A stretch of DNA of 64,000 nucleotides, taken from NCBI GenBank assembly GCA_964632795.1, contig CAZWEZ010000001.1, forward strand, positions 45,922 to 109,921, in the 5' to 3' direction. The notes beneath the pieces were generated by a model, which worked only from the letters and a program-made list of their open reading frames with translations, did no database searches and was not told where the DNA came from. Of the stretch, positions 56,433 through 64,000 are shown piece by piece (the first letter of the stretch is position 1; the number at the start of each line of letters is the position of its first letter). The translations under genes and the position numbers were made by a program. The stretch comes from an uncultured Thalassospiraceae bacterium. Lineage in GTDB: Bacteria > Pseudomonadota > Alphaproteobacteria > Rhodospirillales > 2-02-FULL-58-16.

Positions 56433-57404
56433 GTGAAGCGCGTGATTGACCAAGCCCTACTGCGGCTCCTGAGATGTCCGGCCAGCGGCCAGAAGTTGCG
56501 GCTGGAAGGCGGTGTCCTCATCAACGAGGACCAAAGCCGAAGCTACCGGATAAGCGAATCCGGGGTCCCGCTGTTCGCGGAGGACCAGTGTTCGGAAGAT
56601 GCCCGTATCCAGCAACAACATTACGACACCATCTCCAGCAAGTTCCTGGAGAACCTGACCTATCCCCATACTCAAGTGTATGGGGCCTACCTGGACGAGG
56701 CCCTGTTGGAGGCAGCCTCGCCAGCCGTGCTGGACGATGTCGTGGAAGTGTGTTGCGGCCGTGGCGAGATGTTCCATATCTTGGCCGGCAGGGTAAAGCG
56801 GGGCATCGGGGTCGATGTCTCGCTCAACATGCTCGAGGCCGCCCGTGCTGGTCTCGACGCCAAACACTTCTTGGCGGTTCAAGGCGATGCCACCCGGCTG
56901 CCCCTGAGCGAGTGCGGTTTCGACAGTGTTTTCATGCTGGGAGGTATTCACCACGTCAACGACCGCCTCGCCCTGTTCAGCGAAATCCGGCGGATCCTAC
57001 GCCCCGGAGGTCATTTCGTGTGGCGTGAACCGGTCAGTGATTTCTTCTTGTGGCGCCTGCTGCGAGCAGTGGTCTATCGGCTGTCGCCAATCTTGGACGA
57101 CCAAACCGAAAGTCCCCTGCGCTACCGGGAGACGGTGAAGGCGCTGGAACAGGCCGGTTTGGAACTCGAAACATGGCGCACCCTGGGCTTTTTCGGGTAT
57201 TGCCTGTTCATGAATTCGGACGTGTTGGCGTTCAACCGGCTGTTCCGCTTCATCCCCGGCATACGTTTGTTGGCCCGCTTGGCTGCGGTGATCGACGAGG
57301 GAACGATCCGTTTGCCTGGGCTGAGCAAGGCCGGCCTGCAGGTCGTCGGTGTCGCCCGCAGACCACCTGTCCCGGCACCAGAGCCTCATACCAATGTGCA
57401 CTGA
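56433..57404 (+). CDS. Class I SAM-dependent methyltransferase with Trm112-like N-terminus
   Basis: GTG 56433 lies inside track ORF 55848..57404. 'LLRCPASGQKL' is a Zn-ribbon-like lead. 'VVEVCCGRGE' is SAM motif I. 'LRPGGHFVW'. Confidence 0.75.
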   Translation: MKRVIDQALLRLLRCPASGQKLRLEGGVLINEDQSRSYRISESGVPLFAEDQCSEDARIQQQHYDTISSKFLENLTYPHTQVYGAYLDEALLEAASPAVLDDVVEVCCGRGEMFHILAGRVKRGIGVDVSLNMLEAARAGLDAKHFLAVQGDATRLPLSECGFDSVFMLGGIHHVNDRLALFSEIRRILRPGGHFVWREPVSDFFLWRLLRAVVYRLSPILDDQTESPLRYRETVKALEQAGLELETWRTLGFFGYCLFMNSDVLAFNRLFRFIPGIRLLARLAAVIDEGTIRLPGLSKAGLQVVGVARRPPVPAPEPHTNVH

Positions 57405-57652
57405 TAATGACCCATAGAGACGGCTTTCCAAGGCTTTCGCCCTTGAGCGTGGCCCGCCGTGATGGCGGCCCATCACAAGGGCCGCGCGACGCTGTCCGAA
57501 AGCCTTGGAAAGCCGCCGTTCCGGTCGCCTCGGCGTGCCGCCGGAGGGCGTCGAAAAGCCTAGACGATGGCACCGCATCGCCGGCGGCTTTCCTCCTACC
57601 CAGCGGAACGCCGAGGCGATCTCTATGGGTCATTATCAGTGCACCTTGGTAT
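57388..57652. repeat. MITE-like palindromic element, copy 2 (265 bp, interrupted)
   Basis: Same arms and core as copy 1, with a few substitutions. The right arm is split after GGAAAGCCG by an insert of about 104 bp (about 57516..57619). Confidence 0.85.
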
Positions 57653-57674
57653 CAGTCATTATCGGCCTCGATCA

Positions 57675-58487
57675 ATGTTCCGGGCAGATAACAACGACGC
57701 CCCGGACCCCAAGAGTGGCTCGCCGGAGCGTTTCGGCTACTCCTGGGATCGCTTCTCCGAGCTCACCCCGGAACAGGAAACGCAGTTCCGGCAATGGACC
57801 TGCCATCTCGACCCGGAGACCGGCTGGCGCGGCAAGACCTTCCTCGACGCCGGCTGCGGGGCCGGGCGCAACAGTTACTGGCCAATGACCTACGGCGCCG
57901 CGGGAGGGCTGGCCATCGACGTCGACGAACGCTCGCTGGCCGTCGCCCGGCGCAACCTGGCCGCTTTCCGGTCCATGGAGGTCAGGTTTCTCAGCATCTT
58001 CGACCTCGACGTCGAAGACGGCTTCGACATCGCCTTCTCGATCGGCGTCATCCACCATCTCGACGATCCGGAGCTGGCGGTGAGGAAGATGGCGCGGGCG
58101 GTGAAGCCCGGTGGGAAGGTTCTGATCTGGGTCTACGGCTACGAGAACCTGGAACTGTACGTCAACGTCCTGGCCCCGCTCAGGAAACTGCTGTTGGGCT
58201 GGCTTCCCATCGGACTGGTTCGCGTCCTGGCGTACTTTCCGGCGGTTCTGTTGTGGGCAGTTGTGCGCACCGGGTTGTTCAAGATCGAATACCTGCGGAT
58301 GCTGCGCAGGTTCCCCTTCCACCACCTCCACCACATCGTCTTCGACCAGATGCTTCCCAGGACCGCCCATTACTGGCGGCGCGCGGAGGTCGAGGCCCTG
58401 ATGCACCAAGCGGGACTGGAAGGAATCGACCTGACCTGGGTCAACCAGTTGTCGTGGTCGGCGATCGGCACCAAACCCGGCCGCTAG
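57675..58487 (+). CDS. Class I SAM-dependent methyltransferase
   Basis: Internal ATG 57675 of ORF 57567..58487. 'FLDAGCGAGRNS' is SAM motif I. 'VKPGGKVLIWVYG'. Confidence 0.8.
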   Translation: MFRADNNDAPDPKSGSPERFGYSWDRFSELTPEQETQFRQWTCHLDPETGWRGKTFLDAGCGAGRNSYWPMTYGAAGGLAIDVDERSLAVARRNLAAFRSMEVRFLSIFDLDVEDGFDIAFSIGVIHHLDDPELAVRKMARAVKPGGKVLIWVYGYENLELYVNVLAPLRKLLLGWLPIGLVRVLAYFPAVLLWAVVRTGLFKIEYLRMLRRFPFHHLHHIVFDQMLPRTAHYWRRAEVEALMHQAGLEGIDLTWVNQLSWSAIGTKPGR

Positions 58488-59593
58488 TGGATAGGATCAT
58501 CCGGCACCGCCTTGTCCTTCAACGACGGGTGGGCGGGTTCGTATTGCCGGGGGTAGGCGGCGACCTCGCCCAGCTCCCTGGCCGCGTGCCAGGGCCAGCG
58601 CGGGTTGTAGAGCATGCCCCGGCCCAGCGCCACGATGTCGGCCTGGCCCGTGCGGACGATGGTTTCGGCCTGCCGCGCGTCGTCGATGCCCCCGACCGCG
58701 ATCACCGCCATGCCGGTCGCCGCCTTGACCTGGGCGGCCAGTTCCACCTGGTAGCCGGGGCCGGGAACCAATTTCTGTTTCATCGACAGCCCGCCGCTGG
58801 AAACGTGGATGAAGTCGCAGCCCAGGCCTTCCAGGGCCTTGGCCAGGGATATGGTCTGGGCGACGTCCCATCCGCCGGCGATCCAATCGTCGCCGGAAAC
58901 CCGGATTCCCAACGGCTTGCCGGCGGGCCAGGCCTTGCGCACCGCGGCGAAGACCTCGAGGGGAAACCGCATCCGGTTGTCGAGGGAACCGCCGTAGCCG
59001 TCGCTGCGCCGGTTGCTCAGCGGGGACAGGAACTGGTGCAGCAGGTAGCCGTGGGCGGAGTGGACCTCGATCAGATCGAACCCGGCGTCATCGGCCCGCC
59101 CGGCGGCCTCGGCGAACGACGCCTTGATTCGTTCCATGCCTGCCGGGTCCAGGGCCTCGGGCGTCGGCCAGCCGTCGTCGAAGGGGATGGCGGAGGGGGC
59201 CACCGTCGGCAGCCCACCCTCCTCCGGCGGCGCCGGGGTGCCCCCCCGCCAGGGGGCGCGGGCCGAAGCCTTGCGCCCGGCGTGGGCCAACTGCACGCCG
59301 AGGGCGACGTTGCCGTAGTCCTTGCAGAATCCGACCACGCGGGCCAGCGCGTCGCGGTTGTCATCCCCATAGAGCCCCAGGCAATGGGGCGTGATGCGGC
59401 CTTCGGGGACGACCGCCGTGGCCTCGACGATCAACAGTCCGCTTCCCGACACCGCGAGGTGGCCGTAATGCATCAGGTGCCAGTCGCCGGCGTTGCCCTC
59501 GAGAGCGCTGTACTGGCACATGGGGGCGATGGCGATGCGGTTGGCAAGGGTCAGTTGGCGCATCTCGATCGGCGAAAACAGCATGGTGTCCAT
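58484..59593 (-). CDS. NADH:flavin oxidoreductase (Old Yellow Enzyme family)
   Basis: 369 aa. 'LANRIAIAPMCQYSA...GDWHLMHYGHLA', 'HSAHGYLLHQFLSPLSNRRSDGYGGS'. Confidence 0.9.
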   Translation of the reverse strand: MDTMLFSPIEMRQLTLANRIAIAPMCQYSALEGNAGDWHLMHYGHLAVSGSGLLIVEATAVVPEGRITPHCLGLYGDDNRDALARVVGFCKDYGNVALGVQLAHAGRKASARAPWRGGTPAPPEEGGLPTVAPSAIPFDDGWPTPEALDPAGMERIKASFAEAAGRADDAGFDLIEVHSAHGYLLHQFLSPLSNRRSDGYGGSLDNRMRFPLEVFAAVRKAWPAGKPLGIRVSGDDWIAGGWDVAQTISLAKALEGLGCDFIHVSSGGLSMKQKLVPGPGYQVELAAQVKAATGMAVIAVGGIDDARQAETIVRTGQADIVALGRGMLYNPRWPWHAARELGEVAAYPRQYEPAHPSLKDKAVPDDPIH

Positions 59594-59775
59594 GGGTTGT
59601 TTCTCGGTATCGTCAAGGGTTTCAGGGCCGGGCCGGCGGCCATCCTATCCGAGCCGGGTCGGCCCGTCTTCTTCGAATGATCGCGAAACCTTGACGCAAT
59701 GGTACTCGCTGACGACACTATGCCCATGCAAGGGGACCGACGGCGGCCGTGAGATGCCGATTTCGGCGGGGTGAC

Positions 59776-60336
59776 ATGAGCGACCTTCAAGCGAAAACCC
59801 AGGACATGGACGACGAGCTGTACCAGGCCCAGACCGAAAACCGCCAACTGAAGGACACGATCAACGCCCTGCGGAGCGAGTTGGAGAACACCCGCTTCGA
59901 GCACGAGACAAACGTCCAGAAGGCGGTCGCCGAGGCCAACGACGAGATGGTCCAAATCAAGGCCACCGCCCAGGCCCTGCGCGACGGGTTGGAGAACCTG
60001 CGTTTCGAGAAGGAGGAGAGCGTCCAGAAGGCGGTCGCCGAGGGCAACGACGAGATGCTCCAAATCAAGGCCACCGCCCAGGCCCTGCGCGACGAGTTGG
60101 AGAACCTGCGTTTCGAGAAGGAGGAAAGCGTCCAGAAGGCGGTCGCCGAGGGCAACGACGAGAGCCGCCAACTCAAGGCCACCGCCCAGGCGTTGCGTGA
60201 CGAATTGGACAGAACCACGGCAACCTACGAGCAGAAAATCCAGGATTTGGAACGCGCCGCGCGTGACGACAAGGACTACCTGCAGAAGACGATCGGGGTT
60301 CTCAGGGAGGAATTAGAGGAACGACATGGCACCTAA
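59776..60336 (+). CDS. Coiled-coil repeat protein (186 aa)
   Basis: Internal ATG 59776. Three 36-aa repeats of LENLRFEKEESVQKAVAEGNDEMLQIKATAQALRDE. The 3' end overlaps the cyclase start. Confidence 0.7.
   Translation: MSDLQAKTQDMDDELYQAQTENRQLKDTINALRSELENTRFEHETNVQKAVAEANDEMVQIKATAQALRDGLENLRFEKEESVQKAVAEGNDEMLQIKATAQALRDELENLRFEKEESVQKAVAEGNDESRQLKATAQALRDELDRTTATYEQKIQDLERAARDDKDYLQKTIGVLREELEERHGT
59881..60204. repeat. 108-bp tandem repeat, 3 copies, coding
   Basis: Copies 2 and 3 are nearly identical at the nucleotide level. Copy 1 is more diverged. Confidence 0.85.
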
Positions 60337-62626
60337 CAATCAGTCCCCAACGGCCGGCGCGCGAAAGAACGGCGGTTCGGCCTCCAGCGAAAGCATGAAG
60401 CTGCGCCAGGCCCAGATGCTGCTCAGCGTCTCGCGAACGGTGGCGGCGCTCGAGACGGTGGACGAGGTGATCGAAACCATGGTCACGATCGCCACCCGGG
60501 AGACCGGCGCCGAACGCGGGACCCTGTTCCTCAACGACGATCAGACCGGGGAATTGTACTCGCGCGTCGCCCAGGGGACCGTCCAACGCGAGTTAAGGTT
60601 GTTGAACAACACCGGCATCGCCGGGCACGTGTTCACCACCGGCCAGGGGATGATCATTCACGACGCCTACAAGGACAAACGGTTCAACCGCACCATCGAC
60701 CAGCAGACCGGCTTCGTCACCAAGAGCATCCTTTGCGCCCCGGTGAGAACCGTCAAGGGCGAGATCATCGGCGTCGCCCAGTCCCTCAACAAGCTGAAGG
60801 GCCGGTTCACCAAGGGCGACCTGGCGATGCTCGAGGCGATGACCACCCAGGCCGCGGTCGCCCTCCAGAGCACCCAGTTCGTCGAACGGATGAAGAAGAC
60901 CCGGACCCAGGAGATGGAATTCCTCGACGTGGTCTCCGACGTCACCGCCGAGATCGACCTCGGGGCGCTGCTGGCCAAGGTCATGAGCGAGGCGACGCGG
61001 ATGCTCAAGGCCGACCGCTCGACGCTGTTCCTCAACGACGAGAAGACCAACGAGCTGTTCTCCCGCGTCGCCCAGGGCGATTCGGTGGGCGAGATCCGCC
61101 TTCCCAACCACCTGGGGATCGCCGGCACCGTGTTCACCTCGGGGGTATCGGTCAACATCCCGTATTGCTATGCCGACCTCAGGTTCAACCCGGCCTTCGA
61201 CAAGAAGACCGGCTATTTCACCCGCTCCATGCTGTGCGTGCCGGTGATCAACAAGAACGGCAAGACCATCGGCGTCACCCAGGTCCTGAACAGACGAGGC
61301 GGCCCCTTCACCGCCGAGGACGAGCAGCGCCTCAAGGCCTTCACCGCCCAGGTCGCCATCGCGCTGGAGAACGCCAAGCTGTTCGACGACGTCCAGAACA
61401 TGAAGAACTACAACGAGAGCATGCTCGAAAGCATGTCCAACGGCGTCATCACCATGGACGAGGACGGCAATATCGTCACCTGCAACGCCGCCGGCCTTCG
61501 CATCCTCAAGGTTTCGCCCGACGACATCATCGAGAAGCAGGCCAAGGAGTTCTTCACCAACTCCAACGCCTGGATCATGGAGAAGCTTCGCAAGGTCGAG
61601 GAAACCCAGGAATCAGACGTCTACATGGACGCCGAGATGGAGGTCGAAGAAGAGAAGCTGTCGGTCAACCTGACGTTCCTTCCCCTGCTCAGCGCCGAGC
61701 AGAAGAAACTCGGCTCGATGATCATGATCGAGGACATCAGCACCGAAAAGCGCATGAAATCGACCATGTCGCGTTACATGGACCCGGCGATCGCGGACCA
61801 GATGCTGGCGGGCGGCGGCGAGGACGCGCTGGGAGGCGTCAGCGCCGTCACCACGGTGCTGTTCTCGGATGTGCGCGGCTTCACCACCCTGACCGAGGAA
61901 CTGGGCGCCCAGGGTACGGTGACCCTGCTCAACGAGTACTTCACCATCATGGTCGAGTGCATCACCCGCGAAGGCGGGATGCTGGACAAGTTCATCGGCG
62001 ACGCCATCATGGCCGCCTTCGGCCTGCCCATCGCCCACGACGACGACGAGGACCGGGGCGTGCGGGCCGCCATTTCCATGCTCACCGACCTCGAGGCGTG
62101 GAACGTGGAGCGCATCTCCAATGGCCAGAAGCCGGTGTATATGGGCATCGGACTGAACACCGACACGGTGGTTTCGGGGAACATCGGCTCGCCCAAGCGG
62201 ATGGACTACACGCTGATCGGCGACGGGGTCAACCTAGCCGCCCGCCTGGAAAGCGCCTGCAAGCAGTATTCGGCCAAGCTGCTGATCAGCAAGAACACTT
62301 ACGACAAGCTGAAGGGGACCTATCGCATCCGCGACATCGACGACGTGGTGGTCAAGGGCAAGACCGAGCCGGTCCGGGTCTACGAAGTCCTCGACTACCA
62401 TACCGACGAGTCGTTTCCCAACCTGATGGAGGTGGTCAACCACTTCAAGGAGGGACGCGACCACTACCGCAAGGGGGCGTGGGACAAGGCCGTCAAGTCG
62501 TTCAAGGAGTGCCTCAAGCTCCACCCCGAGGACAAGCTGTCTCAGATCTATATCGAATGGTGCGGCGCATATAAGAAGCACCCGCCCAAGGACTGGAAGG
62601 GAATCCGGGTGGCGACATCCAAGTGA
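60326..62626 (+). CDS. GAF-GAF-PAS class III adenylate/guanylate cyclase
   Basis: 766 aa. Two GAF-like blocks (ERGTLFLNDDQTGELYSRVAQG / DRSTLFLNDEKTNELFSRVAQG). Cyclase core VLFSDVRGFTTLTE...KFIGDAIMAAFG...GDGVNLAARLES. Confidence 0.9.
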   Translation: MAPNNQSPTAGARKNGGSASSESMKLRQAQMLLSVSRTVAALETVDEVIETMVTIATRETGAERGTLFLNDDQTGELYSRVAQGTVQRELRLLNNTGIAGHVFTTGQGMIIHDAYKDKRFNRTIDQQTGFVTKSILCAPVRTVKGEIIGVAQSLNKLKGRFTKGDLAMLEAMTTQAAVALQSTQFVERMKKTRTQEMEFLDVVSDVTAEIDLGALLAKVMSEATRMLKADRSTLFLNDEKTNELFSRVAQGDSVGEIRLPNHLGIAGTVFTSGVSVNIPYCYADLRFNPAFDKKTGYFTRSMLCVPVINKNGKTIGVTQVLNRRGGPFTAEDEQRLKAFTAQVAIALENAKLFDDVQNMKNYNESMLESMSNGVITMDEDGNIVTCNAAGLRILKVSPDDIIEKQAKEFFTNSNAWIMEKLRKVEETQESDVYMDAEMEVEEEKLSVNLTFLPLLSAEQKKLGSMIMIEDISTEKRMKSTMSRYMDPAIADQMLAGGGEDALGGVSAVTTVLFSDVRGFTTLTEELGAQGTVTLLNEYFTIMVECITREGGMLDKFIGDAIMAAFGLPIAHDDDEDRGVRAAISMLTDLEAWNVERISNGQKPVYMGIGLNTDTVVSGNIGSPKRMDYTLIGDGVNLAARLESACKQYSAKLLISKNTYDKLKGTYRIRDIDDVVVKGKTEPVRVYEVLDYHTDESFPNLMEVVNHFKEGRDHYRKGAWDKAVKSFKECLKLHPEDKLSQIYIEWCGAYKKHPPKDWKGIRVATSK

Positions 62627-62642
62627 GGAGAAGGAAAAGCCG

Positions 62643-63008
62643 TTGAAGCTCTTCATTGTCGACGACGACGCGGACATCATCGAGGTGATGACCGCGCTGC
62701 TGGAGGCGGCCGGTCATTCGGTCTCCTCGAGCACCGCCGGCACCGACGCCCTGCCCCGGATCGCCGCCAAACGGCCGGACTGCGTGCTGAGCGACCTGAT
62801 GATGGCCGAGCTGGACGGGCTGGAACTGTGCCGGGAGTTGCGCCGCCGGACCGACCTGGGCGGCCTCAAGGTGGTCATGGTGTCGGCCAGGACCAACGAT
62901 TATTGGAAGAGCCGGGCCCGCGATGCCGGCGCCGACGGCTATATCACCAAGCCGCTGGACCCCGACACGTTCGCCGGCTTGGTGATGGATATCGTCGAAG
63001 GGGGATGA
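62643..63008 (+). CDS. CheY-like single-domain response regulator
   Basis: 121 aa, TTG start. 'LFIVDDDADI...DCVLSDLMMAELDG...VVMVSA...GADGYITKP'. Confidence 0.85.
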   Translation: MKLFIVDDDADIIEVMTALLEAAGHSVSSSTAGTDALPRIAAKRPDCVLSDLMMAELDGLELCRELRRRTDLGGLKVVMVSARTNDYWKSRARDAGADGYITKPLDPDTFAGLVMDIVEGG

Positions 63009-63027
63009 TACCAAGGGTCCCGGGCGC

Positions 63028-64000
63028 CTACTTGGTGGTGGCGATGAAGACGCCGTCCCAGTCGGGAGGCGGCGGGTTGACCTCGTATTCGGTGACTCGC
63101 TCCTCGTAGAGGTCGTAGAGGCCGGCGATCCTGTACTCGTTGACCAGACCCCGGCACTTGGCGATCAGCTCGCGGGCCTTCGACCATTCCTGGGCGCGGT
63201 AGGTGACGATCATCTCCTCGTTGGCCTGCTTGAGGTTCTGGAAGTCCTCACTGGCCGCCACCTCCTCGTCGCCCATCAGGGCATGGATGTGGACGCCCTC
63301 TGTCTTGCCCTTGACCTGGATGAAGTCGAGCTCGACGGTCGCCAGCTCGGGGACCGCCGCACAGGTGTTGGGGCCGAGGACGATGTCGACGCCGTAGTTC
63401 TTGGACTGGCCTTCCAGGCGCGCGGCCAGGTTCACGGTGTCGCCCAGCACCGAGTAGTCGAAACGCTGGTCCGACCCCATGTTGCCGACCACGCACTCGC
63501 CCGAATTGAGCCCGAGGCCGACCTTGAGCGGGATGTGCTTGCGGCCCTCATCCTTGGCTTCCTGCTCCAGCCTGACGTTGAGGGGGGCCATCTCGGCCAG
63601 CATTTTCAGCGCCGAGATACAGCCGTTGAGTTGGTGCCGGTCGTCGTCCAGGGGGGCGTTCCAGAAGGCCATGATGCAGTCGCCCATGTACTTGTCGACG
63701 GTGCCCTGGTTGTCGAGGATGACGTTGGTCAGCGGGGTCAGCAGCTTGTTGATGAGGCTGGTCAGGCCGACGGCGTCGAACTGCTCGGAGATGGTGGTGA
63801 AGCCGCGCACGTCGCAGAACAGCAGGGTCAAATCCCGCTTGTCGCCGCCCAGCTTGAGCTGGCTCGGGTCTCCGGCCACCTTCTCGACCATCGCCGGGGA
63901 CAGGTACTTGGAAAAGGCGTCCCGGGTCTGGCGGCGCTGGGCCTCTTCCTTGACGTAGCTCCACCCGGTCAGCAGGATGTAGAGGACCAGGATCGAGAGG
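63028..64000 (-). CDS. Class III adenylate/guanylate cyclase, 5' end beyond the window
   Basis: The frame stays open to the window edge (..LSILVLYILLTGWSYVKEEAQRRQTRDAFSKYLSPAMVEKV..). Cyclase core LLFCDVRGFTTISE...KYMGDCIMAFWN...GDTVNLAARLEG. Confidence 0.88.
   Translation of the reverse strand, partial: LSILVLYILLTGWSYVKEEAQRRQTRDAFSKYLSPAMVEKVAGDPSQLKLGGDKRDLTLLFCDVRGFTTISEQFDAVGLTSLINKLLTPLTNVILDNQGTVDKYMGDCIMAFWNAPLDDDRHQLNGCISALKMLAEMAPLNVRLEQEAKDEGRKHIPLKVGLGLNSGECVVGNMGSDQRFDYSVLGDTVNLAARLEGQSKNYGVDIVLGPNTCAAVPELATVELDFIQVKGKTEGVHIHALMGDEEVAASEDFQNLKQANEEMIVTYRAQEWSKARELIAKCRGLVNEYRIAGLYDLYEERVTEYEVNPPPPDWDGVFIATTK

Overview
High-GC (about 60-65% by eye) chromosome segment that looks alphaproteobacterial, probably Rhodospirillales-like. 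This is suggested by the plsX-fabH-ihfA-merR-tRNA-Pro synteny, an H+-pyrophosphatase, and many cyclase and TPR-sulfotransferase genes. Four blocks are visible. (1) 1-4.2 kb: cutA, a STAS protein, a degenerate tRNA-Met-like element and a CI/S24-repressor prophage remnant. (2) 4.2-31.1 kb: a large respiratory island. It holds three paralogous Tat-exported Mo-bisPGD oxidoreductase modules (Mo subunit plus 4-cluster FeS subunit). Each module is partnered with a 467-489 aa membrane-anchored 12-heme cytochrome. The island also carries two TorD-like chaperones, two NrfD-like quinol-interacting subunits, an NrfC-like FeS protein, two tetraheme and two diheme cytochromes. A periplasmic-binding-protein / histidine kinase / sigma54 regulator triad of the AioXSR/ArxXSR type sits between modules 1 and 2. 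No substrate can be assigned from sequence. (3) 31.8-44.7 kb: a 12.9-kb integrative element in tRNA-Pro(GGG), bounded by a 47-bp direct repeat. It encodes integrase, AlpA, an RHH protein, an AEP-primase/P-loop replicase, an ori-like nested inverted repeat, terS-like, terL and portal genes, but no capsid or tail genes. Its cargo end is a mosaic of low-GC orphan genes, including a tightly coupled three-gene operon at 41787-43390. That operon is my best candidate for an undescribed defence/toxin-type system. (4) 44.8-64 kb: housekeeping genes (merR-ihfA-fabH-plsX-rpmF-yceD, bamE, hppA) and signalling or miscellaneous genes. These include a cNMP-gated K+ channel, a TPR-sulfotransferase, two methyltransferases, an OYE flavoenzyme, a GAF-PAS cyclase, a CheY-like receiver and a second cyclase. 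Two copies of a MITE-like palindromic element, a RuBisCO large-subunit relic and two in-frame tandem-repeat proteins also sit here. Many long ORFs in the six-frame track are antisense or alternate-frame artefacts of high GC and were not called. All calls rest on reading motifs by eye; no searches were run.
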